Of a DNA stretch of 64,000 bases, positions 1 through 9,106 are shown piece by piece (the stretch's first letter is position 1; every line of letters starts with the position of its first letter). The stretch comes from a bacterium (GTDB taxonomy: Bacteria; Electryoneota; JAOADG01), in NCBI GenBank assembly GCA_963681965.1, contig OY820579.1:1568001-1632000 (forward strand), given 5' to 3'. Both the position numbers and the translations under genes were made by a program. Under the pieces are notes generated by a model that worked only from the letters and a program-made list of their open reading frames with translations, had not been told where the DNA came from and did not search any database.

Positions 1-2
1 GT

Positions 3-110
3 GAAATGAGATTGCTGGTAGATTACCTGATTAAAGGATTTGCTAATGTCGAGCGAACACGAATCGAAACCGAACCATCGCGAAAACCAAACCGGAAAAC
101 CCATGGATAA
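3..110 (+). CDS. 3' end of an upstream gene (possibly a TetR-like regulator), truncated by window edge
   Basis: Open frame EMRLLVDYLIKGFANVERTRIETEPSRKPNRKTHG* ends at TAA 108-110, overlapping ATG 103 of the next gene; regulator identity is only a guess from position and helical character. Confidence 0.4.
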   Translation, partial: EMRLLVDYLIKGFANVERTRIETEPSRKPNRKTHG

Positions 111-1059
111 TCCTGTCAATACTCCAAATCAAGGTAATAGCGATTTGGTCGAAACCACGCTCCCACGTAAGAAATTAGGATGGATCATCGCACTGATCGT
201 TCTCATCGTTGCCGGTATTGTCGGTTGGATGATCTATCGCAATTCGCTCGGTTTTATCTCAACCGATAATGCATTTATCGATGCCAATCGCATGACCGTG
301 AGTGCGAAAATTCTCGGTCGGATTGCAGAATTATCGATGAAAGAAGGGGATCCGGTTTCCTATGGACAAATTCTTGTCAAATTGGATGACAGCGATCTGA
401 AAGCGCAACTGGAGCAAGCGAAGACTGCGATTGTTTTGGCATCGGAGAATATCAAGCTAGCCAAGGTTAGCGAGGCGCGTGCCGAAGAGGATTTATTGCG
501 CTCGGAAAAATTGAGCAAGGACAACGCGATCACTCGCGAGCAACTCGATCATGCGAATAAAGAGTTGGAAGCAGCGCATGCCCGCAATGCAATCGCCATC
601 GCGCAGGAGAATTCTGCCAAATCGCAATTGAACGTTGTGGAAACACAATTGAAAAATACTACTGTCGTATCGCAAATGTCGGGTATTGTCGCGAAACGAT
701 GGTTGCTGCCCGGCGATGTAGTGCAACCCGGTCAAGCGATTTATTCACTCTACGATCTGGAAAATGTCTGGGTTACGGCGAATTTCGAAGAAACGAAATT
801 GCATTCGATCAAGTTGGACGTAACTGCTGAGATGATGTTAGACGCCTTTCCCGGGATTGTCTGGCACGGAAAAGTATATCAATTGGGATCGAATACTGCA
901 TCGCAGTTTTCCCTCATTCCGCCAAACAACGCTTCCGGTAATTTTACTAAAGTGACACAACGAGTGCCGGTAAAGATATCGATCGAGCATGAAAACAATA
1001 GTACTGATCGCAGATTATTACCCGGAATGTCGGTCGAAGTGAAATTGAAGGTCGGATAA
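103..1059 (+). CDS. emrA: EmrA/HlyD-family membrane fusion protein
   Basis: N-terminal TM, STDNAF motif, coiled coil, FSLIPPNNASGNFTKVTQRVPVKI signature; start 103 preferred (46 possible). Confidence 0.9.
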   Translation: MDNPVNTPNQGNSDLVETTLPRKKLGWIIALIVLIVAGIVGWMIYRNSLGFISTDNAFIDANRMTVSAKILGRIAELSMKEGDPVSYGQILVKLDDSDLKAQLEQAKTAIVLASENIKLAKVSEARAEEDLLRSEKLSKDNAITREQLDHANKELEAAHARNAIAIAQENSAKSQLNVVETQLKNTTVVSQMSGIVAKRWLLPGDVVQPGQAIYSLYDLENVWVTANFEETKLHSIKLDVTAEMMLDAFPGIVWHGKVYQLGSNTASQFSLIPPNNASGNFTKVTQRVPVKISIEHENNSTDRRLLPGMSVEVKLKVG

Positions 1060-1062
1060 GCA

Positions 1063-2682
1063 ATGCCGATTTCACCGCATCACGCCCTGAAACGGCATAT
1101 GCACGGTCGATTTGAATCGTTGCATCACGAGCACTCCAACTATAAATGGTGGGTGCTTTTCAATGTGATGATCGGGACCTTTATGGCGGTGCTCGATGCT
1201 ACGATTGTCAATGTGGCATTGCCAAAAATCATGGCGACATTCGGCGTTTCCGTCGATAAAGTTGAATGGGTAGTAACTGCCTATATGCTGGTGTTCGCTG
1301 TGATGCTTCCGACTTCGGGTTGGATTGCCGATCATTACGGATACAAGCGAACCTATTTTGGTGCGCTATTTTTATTCACTTTCGGATCGTTTCTGTGCGG
1401 TATGGCATGGAACGAAGATGCACTAATTGTTTTTCGAATCGTCCAGGGTGCCGGTGCCGGTCTTCTTATGCCGGTCGGAATGGCAATTGTTACCCGTATC
1501 TTTCCAGTCGAGGAACGGGGGATGGCACTCGGTTTCTGGTCAATATCGGCGGCTGCATCAGTCTCATTGGGACCACTCGTGGGTGGATATCTGGTCGATA
1601 ACTTCAATTGGAGTTCGATCTTCGATGTCAATATCCCTGTCGGGATGTTCGGAATGTTGGCAACACTGATTATTCAACGAGAATTCAAAACATCGATCAC
1701 GAGACGCTTCGACTTTGTTGGATTTACGTCGATGGCTGTGTTTCTTAGTTTCCTGTTGATTGCGCTTTCGGACGGCAATGCTGCCTGGAATACCGGTGGC
1801 TGGACTTCACCCTTTATTCTAACCTGTTTCAGTATTTCATTTGTCAGTTTTGTCATATTTATTACAACTGAACTGACCATCTTACATCCGTTAATCGAGT
1901 TGAATCTACTGAAGAACTTTAATTACTCTGTTACGAATGGCATTTTATTCGTCTTCGGGCTGGGCATGTTCGGCAGCACTTTTTTGATGCCGCTCTATTT
2001 GCAGAATTCGCTCGGTTACACTGCACTACAAGCAGGAGCAGTGTTTCTTCCTGTCGGTATTGCGCAAACACTTGTCTCGCCGATTGCAGGAATCGTTTCC
2101 GACCGTTATTCCCCGAAAATACCTTCGGCGATCGGAATCGTGCTGCTCGCGTATAGTCTCTGGCTCAGTAGTCAGTTGTCTTTATACACGGAATCGGGTT
2201 TCATTCTGTATATGATGGTGTTGCGCGGTTTTGCGATGGGATTGCTCTTTACGCCGCTTAGTGCGTTAGCATTGACAGGAATTCCACGACAGAAAATGGC
2301 ACAGGCGTCTGGATTGTTCAATGTAATAAGGCAGCTCGGTGGAAGCTTCGGAGTTGCGATTATGGGAGCGATGCTGACACAGAGGATGAATTTTCACCTC
2401 ACTACCTATGGACAAGCAGTCGATCAACAATCGCCGGTATTCATTCAAATCTCCTCACGATTGCAATTATTTGCTAAAACAGCTTTGGGAAGTAATACGA
2501 CCGATGCCGTTTCTCGGGCAAAAGCAATGATGATGAGTCATTTGTCGGCGCAATCGTTTGTCGATGCTATCAATGACGATTTCCTCATCGCTGCTGCAAT
2601 AACTATTGTTGGCTTATTTCCAATATTCATTCTCCGGAGTGTCGCGAAAAATCGGAGCATTAAACCGAAGAAAGTTAACTAG
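1063..2682 (+). CDS. emrB: DHA2 (EmrB/QacA) MFS efflux transporter
   Basis: GTFMAVLDATIVNVALP, FRIVQGAGAG, GPLVGGYL, RQLGGSFG motifs; many TM segments; follows emrA. Confidence 0.92.
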   Translation: MPISPHHALKRHMHGRFESLHHEHSNYKWWVLFNVMIGTFMAVLDATIVNVALPKIMATFGVSVDKVEWVVTAYMLVFAVMLPTSGWIADHYGYKRTYFGALFLFTFGSFLCGMAWNEDALIVFRIVQGAGAGLLMPVGMAIVTRIFPVEERGMALGFWSISAAASVSLGPLVGGYLVDNFNWSSIFDVNIPVGMFGMLATLIIQREFKTSITRRFDFVGFTSMAVFLSFLLIALSDGNAAWNTGGWTSPFILTCFSISFVSFVIFITTELTILHPLIELNLLKNFNYSVTNGILFVFGLGMFGSTFLMPLYLQNSLGYTALQAGAVFLPVGIAQTLVSPIAGIVSDRYSPKIPSAIGIVLLAYSLWLSSQLSLYTESGFILYMMVLRGFAMGLLFTPLSALALTGIPRQKMAQASGLFNVIRQLGGSFGVAIMGAMLTQRMNFHLTTYGQAVDQQSPVFIQISSRLQLFAKTALGSNTTDAVSRAKAMMMSHLSAQSFVDAINDDFLIAAAITIVGLFPIFILRSVAKNRSIKPKKVN

Positions 2683-2719
2683 TTTCTTATAATCGATCGA
2701 TTAAGTATCGGGTGCAAGT

Positions 2720-4039
2720 ATGAAGATCATTAGGGTTTGGTTATTCTTTACAATATTGATGTGTTCTAGCGTATTAGCCGAACCTCGCCAGACGGATTCG
2801 TTGACTTTATCCGAAGCTTTGCGTATTGCGGTAGCCAACTATCCGACTGTCGAACAATCGTTCGAGAATTGGCAGTCCGCGCGTTCCCGCGCCGACCAAA
2901 GTAGCACTAGTCTGCAACCGGTTATCGATCTGGAGGCTGGTTATACTTGGTTGAATCCGATCTCAGCAATCGAGATTCCACATTCTCCGCCAATGAAGGT
3001 CTATCCGGAGGACAACTATGACATTCATTTGGTCGGTCGATATTTAATCACCGATTTTGGTAAAACGACTTCAGCCATCGAATGGAATCGCAAGCGCGCA
3101 GCCACTTCCAAATTCAATATCGATATTGCCAAAGCCAACATCGCCTTTTGGACCGCGCAATCGTATTTATCGATAATTTTCTACCGGAACTCTATTGCGA
3201 CTCAGACACAATTAATCGAAAACCTTGAGCAACATTTATCACTCACTGAAAAACTGATTGCGGGAGGTGTGGCAATCGATCTCGATCGCCTTTCGACATC
3301 GGTACGAATCGATCTAGCAAAGAACCAGCGATCCGATCTGGAGAATAACATGCGAAAGCAGGAAATCCAGTTGAATCGCTTATTGATGAATGTTCAGGAT
3401 TCGTATGTCAATCTTGTCAATTCGTTTCAAGCAGTCGATACGCTACCGGACGAAGCGCAAGCTGTCGCGATGGCATTGCGATTACGACCGGAACTGATTG
3501 CTGCCCGTGAAGAAGAAGCGAATACTTTGCTTCAAATTCGATCGATTTCCTTGGGAAATAATCCGAGTGTTGGTGCGTATGCTCAATGGGGCATGAAGAA
3601 TGGTATGGAACCGAATATCTATGCGATCCGCGGAAATTCAATTGTAGGATTGAAATTTCAACTTCCAGTGTTCAATGCTGGAATTGTGAATCACAAAATA
3701 GCCGAAGCGAAAGCGATACAAAGAAGCGCATCGGCAAGAACGCGAGAGCTAGAGCGTCAGATTGCTGCGGAAGTGCGTCAATCGATCTCCGATCTCAAAG
3801 CAGCAATTGTGAAACTTCAAACAGTAGATCGTCAAATCAGATTGTCGCAATCCGAAGTTGAAACTGCTACAGCACGATATCGCGCTGGAACAATTCGAAA
3901 TCTCGATCTGCTGGATGCTGAAACGACTTTTGCCCAAGTCAAATTGTTAAAAACTCAAGCTGAGTTTGCTTATACCATGACCCAGTACGCGCTAGCCAAA
4001 GCAGTTGGTACCGAGTATTGGAACAATCAATCCAAATAG
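2720..4039 (+). CDS. TolC-family outer membrane efflux protein
   Basis: Signal peptide, LTLSEAL..A..N.P start, two OEP helical repeats, LPVFNAG and RYRAG..LDLLDAE motifs. Confidence 0.88.
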   Translation: MKIIRVWLFFTILMCSSVLAEPRQTDSLTLSEALRIAVANYPTVEQSFENWQSARSRADQSSTSLQPVIDLEAGYTWLNPISAIEIPHSPPMKVYPEDNYDIHLVGRYLITDFGKTTSAIEWNRKRAATSKFNIDIAKANIAFWTAQSYLSIIFYRNSIATQTQLIENLEQHLSLTEKLIAGGVAIDLDRLSTSVRIDLAKNQRSDLENNMRKQEIQLNRLLMNVQDSYVNLVNSFQAVDTLPDEAQAVAMALRLRPELIAAREEEANTLLQIRSISLGNNPSVGAYAQWGMKNGMEPNIYAIRGNSIVGLKFQLPVFNAGIVNHKIAEAKAIQRSASARTRELERQIAAEVRQSISDLKAAIVKLQTVDRQIRLSQSEVETATARYRAGTIRNLDLLDAETTFAQVKLLKTQAEFAYTMTQYALAKAVGTEYWNNQSK

Positions 4040-4072
4040 CGTTTGCGATCATTTTCGGTCGATCGAGGACTC

Positions 4073-5125
4073 ATGAAAAGCAAAATGAAATACGTCTGGT
4101 TGTTAATAGTGCTGATCATATTAGGTTCGGTGATTTTTTGGCGAATTAAATCGCGAACCGATCCAGTCGATGCGAAGCGACAAAACTCAGTACAAGTAAA
4201 AGCAGATTTGCCAAAGTCTGACACCATTGTCTATACGCTGAATTATACCGGCGATGTTGCATCGATGCAACAGGCGAACATTTATGCGAAAGTCACCGGT
4301 AACATCGAAAAGATATTTGTAAATATCGGTGAATCGGTCAAAGAGGGACAACTGTTGGCGCTGATCGATACGACCGAACTATCGCAATCTTATATGCAAT
4401 CGCTGGCAACTTTCGAAAATGCGCGGTTGACTTACAACCGGGTTAGCGGTCTCTTCGATCAGAAATTAGCTTCGAAACAGGATTTCGATAACAGTAAAAC
4501 TGCATTCGATATCGCGAAAGCAAATTTTGAATCGACGAAGTTACGGCTCAGTTATGCTTGGATTTGTGCGCCGTTTTCGGGAGTGATCACAAAACGGTAT
4601 TTCGATCAAGGTGCGATGGTGACTTCGACAAACACGATCCTATTCAATTTGATGGATGCAAATTCGATGAAGTTGACAATCGAATTGTTGGAGAAAGATA
4701 TCGCGCTGGTAAAAAGTGGAATGCCCGTCACAATATCGGTCGACGCATTTCCGGGTAAAAAGTATTCCGGTATTGTGAGCCGGTTCAGCGAGGCGATTGA
4801 TCCTGCAACCCGAACGATGGATACCGAAATTAGAGTTCCCAATGTTGGAAGAGAGTTGAAACCGGGCATGTTCGCTCGTGCCGCGATTGTCGTCGATCGT
4901 CATGAGAATGCCTTAACTATCCCGACACAGGCGATTGCGAAAAATGAATCGGGAGCGACAATCTTTACAGTATCGAATGGCATCGCGAAACGAGTTAAGA
5001 TTGAAGTCGGAAAAGAGCAAGGCACAATTTCCGAAGTGACCAAAGGAATCGATGCTGAGGATAGTGTCATTACCGTTGGGATGCAATCCGTCCGGGATGG
5101 TGGTAAGGTTAACGTTCAGAAATAG
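4073..5125 (+). CDS. RND efflux periplasmic adaptor subunit
   Basis: N-terminal TM, lipoyl-like IFVNIGESVKEGQLL, APFSGVI, LKPGMFAR; GAGGA RBS before ATG 4073. Confidence 0.9.
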   Translation: MKSKMKYVWLLIVLIILGSVIFWRIKSRTDPVDAKRQNSVQVKADLPKSDTIVYTLNYTGDVASMQQANIYAKVTGNIEKIFVNIGESVKEGQLLALIDTTELSQSYMQSLATFENARLTYNRVSGLFDQKLASKQDFDNSKTAFDIAKANFESTKLRLSYAWICAPFSGVITKRYFDQGAMVTSTNTILFNLMDANSMKLTIELLEKDIALVKSGMPVTISVDAFPGKKYSGIVSRFSEAIDPATRTMDTEIRVPNVGRELKPGMFARAAIVVDRHENALTIPTQAIAKNESGATIFTVSNGIAKRVKIEVGKEQGTISEVTKGIDAEDSVITVGMQSVRDGGKVNVQK

Positions 5126-5139
5126 AAAGCAGTCGCATT

Positions 5140-8100
5140 ATGTGGCTTACTAGATTAGCGCTTCGTTATCCGATTTCAACCTTTTTGTTCGCTGTGACGC
5201 TTGTCGTACTGGGACTCGTCTCGTTCGGACAGTTACAAGTCGATTTGTTACCGGATATCTCGATTCCAGTTGTTAGTACGGTGACTTATTATTCCGGTGC
5301 CGGTCCATTGGATATGGAGCAATCGGTAACGGTGATTACCGAACGAGCCGTGAGTTCGGTGAATGACGTCGATTATATCCAATCTACCACCCGGGAAGGG
5401 GTTTCGCGGGTTCGCATCAATTTCAACTGGGATGCCAATGTCGATGTCGGGGTTGTCGACATTGTGCAACGCGTAAACCGAATTATCAATCAACTTCCAA
5501 CCGGTGTATCGCAACCCACCGTTCAACGCTTCGATATCACTTCGCAACCGGTCTGTACGATTGCACTATCCGGCGAAATGGATGAGCGAGATTTGTATGA
5601 TCTTGCCTACAATATCATCGAACCGCAAATCGAACATTTATCAGGTGTGGCATCAGCCAACGTTTCCGGTGGTCGAATTCGCGAAATTCATATTGTACTG
5701 GATCGAAATCGACTTCAAGCGTTACAAATACCCGTTCAATCGGTGTTAAATGCAATCGCAAATTCGAATTTAATTATCCCATCTGGCGACTTGAAGGTTG
5801 GAAAATACGACTATTCATTGAAAACCGAGAGTCGTTTCAATATGGTCAAACCGATTGAATCGATCGTCGTTAAGAATATGAATAGTGTTCCAATTCGGTT
5901 AAGCGATGTCGCTAAAGTCGAAGACAGTTATATTGAGCAGACGCAATTGATTCGGGTCGATGGAAAACCCGGGATCATGTTCGAAGTACAAAAACTTTCC
6001 AAAGCGAATACGATCGATGTCGTCGACCGTGTCATGCGTGCAATTCCCAAATTGAATGGCATCCCGCCGACAGTTCGGATGTCGATCACCTTCGATCAAT
6101 CGGTATACATTCGCCAGACGATGACCGGTCTTCAGCACGAAGCCTTGATCGGTGCGCTACTGGCAATGGCAATCATCTTCTTTTTCTTGCGCAATATCAA
6201 GGGAACTACAATTATTCTGGTAGCAATTCCGCTATCGATCTTGTTTACCTTCATCTTTTTCCGGTTTGCCGGCATTACATTGAATATCATGACTTTTGGC
6301 GGATTGGCACTCGCGATCGGGCGGTTGGTTGACGATTCGATTGTCGAGCTGGAAGCAATATCGCGCCACTACAATACCCGGCAAAAGGGGCAATCGAAGC
6401 TTCAAGCCACACTCGATGCTGCGAAAGAAGTGGCAGCGCCGATTTTTATCTCGACACTTAGTACGATTATTGTTTTCCTACCGATTATTTTCTTAACCGG
6501 TATCGCCAAATTGTTGTTTATCCCATTAACGATAACCATCGCTATCGCCTTGATGGGATCATTCCTAGTCTCGCGAACCGTTACACCGTTACTCTGTTTG
6601 AAATTTCTCCCACCCGAGAAACATCTCAACCGTGAATCGAAGCAGTTCTGGGATCGCATGCAAGTATGGTCATTCGAATTGATCGAAACACTCGATCGCA
6701 TCTATGAAAACCGTTTGCGATGGGCTTTGGCGAATCGAAAATTGATGGTGTTTTCAATTGTACTACTAGGGATTATATCTGCTTGCCTATTTAATTTCAT
6801 CGGGTCGGAATTCTTCCCCGATCAGGATGAAAGTCAATTTACCGTCAATGTGAAATTGCCAGTTGGTACGCGCGTGGACGAAACGGACAAGTTCATGCGC
6901 ATCGTCGAAAAAATTGTTCGCGATAATGTACCGGAATTGAATACGATTATTACAAATATCGGAGTGGCATCGTCGCGTGGCGGTGGGGGAGGTGGTCGTG
7001 GTAATTCGGGGTCGCATGCCGGAAATGTCCAAGTATCTTTGAAACCAGTGAAGGATCGCGATCGATCGGTATTTGAAATCGTGAAAGCGCTCCGACCGAA
7101 ACTGAATCGCGTTGCCGGTGCATCGATCATGGTCAATACCGGTGGTATGATGAAATTCCTGATGAATTTTGGATCATCGGCACCGATCGACGTGGAAATT
7201 CGCGGTTACGATCTCGAAACTGGAACTAAACTAGCTAAAAAAATCCTGGGGATTGTCAATGAAACTCGCGGTGCAACCGACGCCCAAATAACTCGCGAAG
7301 ATAATTTACCGGAATTGCGGGTAAAAATCGATCGCGAAAAGGCAGGTGTACTCGGGGTAAACGTTGCCCAAATTGCAAATACGATCAATACTTGCATCAA
7401 CGGTTCGGTTGCTTCGTTATACACCGATCCGGTATCGGGAAATCAGTATAATATTCTGGTACGGTTGAGTGAAGATTATCGCAATGAACTTGACGATCTT
7501 GGCAACATCGTGCTAGCTAATAGCGACGGTCAATCGATATTATTGCGCAATATCGCAACGATTGAACGAACGAATTCGCCGGTTCAGATCGATCGAAAAT
7601 ATCAGCAACGATTGGTCGAAGTCACAGCCAATGTTTCCGGACGTGATTTAGGAAGTGTCGCGAAGGATATCAAAGCGCGGTTGGATAGTCTGGTCGTACC
7701 ACCCGGATTTGAACTCAAGTTGAGTGGCAATGTCGAGAAGCAGAAGCAAACCTTTTCGGATCTACTGTTAGCATTTGGTCTAGCTATTTTATTGGTGTAT
7801 GTGGTGATGTCTTCGCAATTCCAATCGTTGCTAGACCCCTTCATCATTATGTTTACCGTACCATTAGGTTTAATTGGGGTACTGTGGACGCTTTTCCTCA
7901 CGAATACGACACTTTCAGTTACATCCTTTCAGGGGATTATCGTGATGGTAGGTATTGTCGTCAGTAATGGAATTTTGTTAGTCGATTTTACTAATCATAT
8001 CCGACGTACCGGCGTACCGCTTGTCGATGCAGTGGTCAAAGCAGGTGTAACCCGGCTCAAGCCGATTATCATGACTTCGCTTGTTACCGTTCTCGGACTA

Positions 8101-8277
8101 TTACCCATGGCACTGAGTATCGGCGGTGAATCAACTCAGGCACCGCTTGCACTAGCTGTGATTGGTGGATTATCTGTTTCGACCTTACTTACCCTATTCT
8201 TCGTACCAGTGATGTATACGATCTTTGAAGAACGGGTAAAGAGTAAAAAAGTAGTTGAAGAACAGGATGAAGACTGA
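5140..8277 (+). CDS. RND efflux permease (AcrB/AcrD/AcrF family)
   Basis: 1045 aa; LALAIGRLVDDSIV, GIVVSNGILLVD, RLKPIIMTS, PLALAVIGGL motifs. Confidence 0.95.
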   Translation: MWLTRLALRYPISTFLFAVTLVVLGLVSFGQLQVDLLPDISIPVVSTVTYYSGAGPLDMEQSVTVITERAVSSVNDVDYIQSTTREGVSRVRINFNWDANVDVGVVDIVQRVNRIINQLPTGVSQPTVQRFDITSQPVCTIALSGEMDERDLYDLAYNIIEPQIEHLSGVASANVSGGRIREIHIVLDRNRLQALQIPVQSVLNAIANSNLIIPSGDLKVGKYDYSLKTESRFNMVKPIESIVVKNMNSVPIRLSDVAKVEDSYIEQTQLIRVDGKPGIMFEVQKLSKANTIDVVDRVMRAIPKLNGIPPTVRMSITFDQSVYIRQTMTGLQHEALIGALLAMAIIFFFLRNIKGTTIILVAIPLSILFTFIFFRFAGITLNIMTFGGLALAIGRLVDDSIVELEAISRHYNTRQKGQSKLQATLDAAKEVAAPIFISTLSTIIVFLPIIFLTGIAKLLFIPLTITIAIALMGSFLVSRTVTPLLCLKFLPPEKHLNRESKQFWDRMQVWSFELIETLDRIYENRLRWALANRKLMVFSIVLLGIISACLFNFIGSEFFPDQDESQFTVNVKLPVGTRVDETDKFMRIVEKIVRDNVPELNTIITNIGVASSRGGGGGGRGNSGSHAGNVQVSLKPVKDRDRSVFEIVKALRPKLNRVAGASIMVNTGGMMKFLMNFGSSAPIDVEIRGYDLETGTKLAKKILGIVNETRGATDAQITREDNLPELRVKIDREKAGVLGVNVAQIANTINTCINGSVASLYTDPVSGNQYNILVRLSEDYRNELDDLGNIVLANSDGQSILLRNIATIERTNSPVQIDRKYQQRLVEVTANVSGRDLGSVAKDIKARLDSLVVPPGFELKLSGNVEKQKQTFSDLLLAFGLAILLVYVVMSSQFQSLLDPFIIMFTVPLGLIGVLWTLFLTNTTLSVTSFQGIIVMVGIVVSNGILLVDFTNHIRRTGVPLVDAVVKAGVTRLKPIIMTSLVTVLGLLPMALSIGGESTQAPLALAVIGGLSVSTLLTLFFVPVMYTIFEERVKSKKVVEEQDED

Positions 8278-8316
8278 GAAGTATTTATTCAAGTTAATTG
8301 ATAGTAGGCGATTACT

Positions 8317-9096
8317 ATGACTCGATATCCGTTACTTTTCCTTGCCCACGGTTCACCGATGAATGCCATCGAGTTGAATGAGTGGAGTCGCGGTTATCGC
8401 AGTATTGCCGAAGCGCTCCCGCGACCGAAAGCTATTTTGGTGGTGTCGGCACATTGGTTTGTTCCGGGATGTTATGTTACCGATAATGATCATCCCCGCA
8501 CTATCCATGATTTTAGCGGTTTTCCGCGAGAGTTGTTTGACGTTCAGTATCCAGCACCGGGCGATCCAAGATTGGCGAAACGAATAGTCGAATTAATCGG
8601 TTCGGAAAATGCGAGTCTTCGATCCGATTGGGGTCTCGATCATGGTAGTTGGAGTATCTTAAAACACCTTTTTCCTGCCGCCGATATTCCCGTAGTTCAA
8701 CTCAGTATCGATCGACGATTGCTGCCTCATGCACATCTGGAATTGGGACGTAAATTGAAACCGCTGCGCGAAGAAGATGTTCTCATTATTGGAAGCGGAA
8801 ATATTACTCACAATCTCCCCGTCGTTTTTAACGATCTGCAGCAGGGCAATCATACTACTCCCGATTGGGCAAAAGAATTCGATGACCAAGTCGCAACGGC
8901 GCTCGGTAAATTCGATACCGATTTCTTGTTGAAATGTATTTCAGGCTCATTAGGAAAGATGTCGCATCCGACGGTTGACCACTATTTACCGCTATTATAT
9001 GTCGTGGGTGCAGCCGAAAGAGACGAGCGAATTCAATTCCCAATCGTTGGTTTCGATCTTGGATCGTTATCGATGCGCTCGGTACGGATTGGCTAG
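8317..9096 (+). CDS. ygiD: 4,5-DOPA extradiol dioxygenase (LigB family, YgiD-like)
   Basis: FLAHGSPMN, VSAHW, TIHDFSGFP, WGLDHGSW, GSGNITHNL, HPTVDHYLPL. Confidence 0.88.
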   Translation: MTRYPLLFLAHGSPMNAIELNEWSRGYRSIAEALPRPKAILVVSAHWFVPGCYVTDNDHPRTIHDFSGFPRELFDVQYPAPGDPRLAKRIVELIGSENASLRSDWGLDHGSWSILKHLFPAADIPVVQLSIDRRLLPHAHLELGRKLKPLREEDVLIIGSGNITHNLPVVFNDLQQGNHTTPDWAKEFDDQVATALGKFDTDFLLKCISGSLGKMSHPTVDHYLPLLYVVGAAERDERIQFPIVGFDLGSLSMRSVRIG

Positions 9097-9106
9097 ATAA
9101 AAAAAA

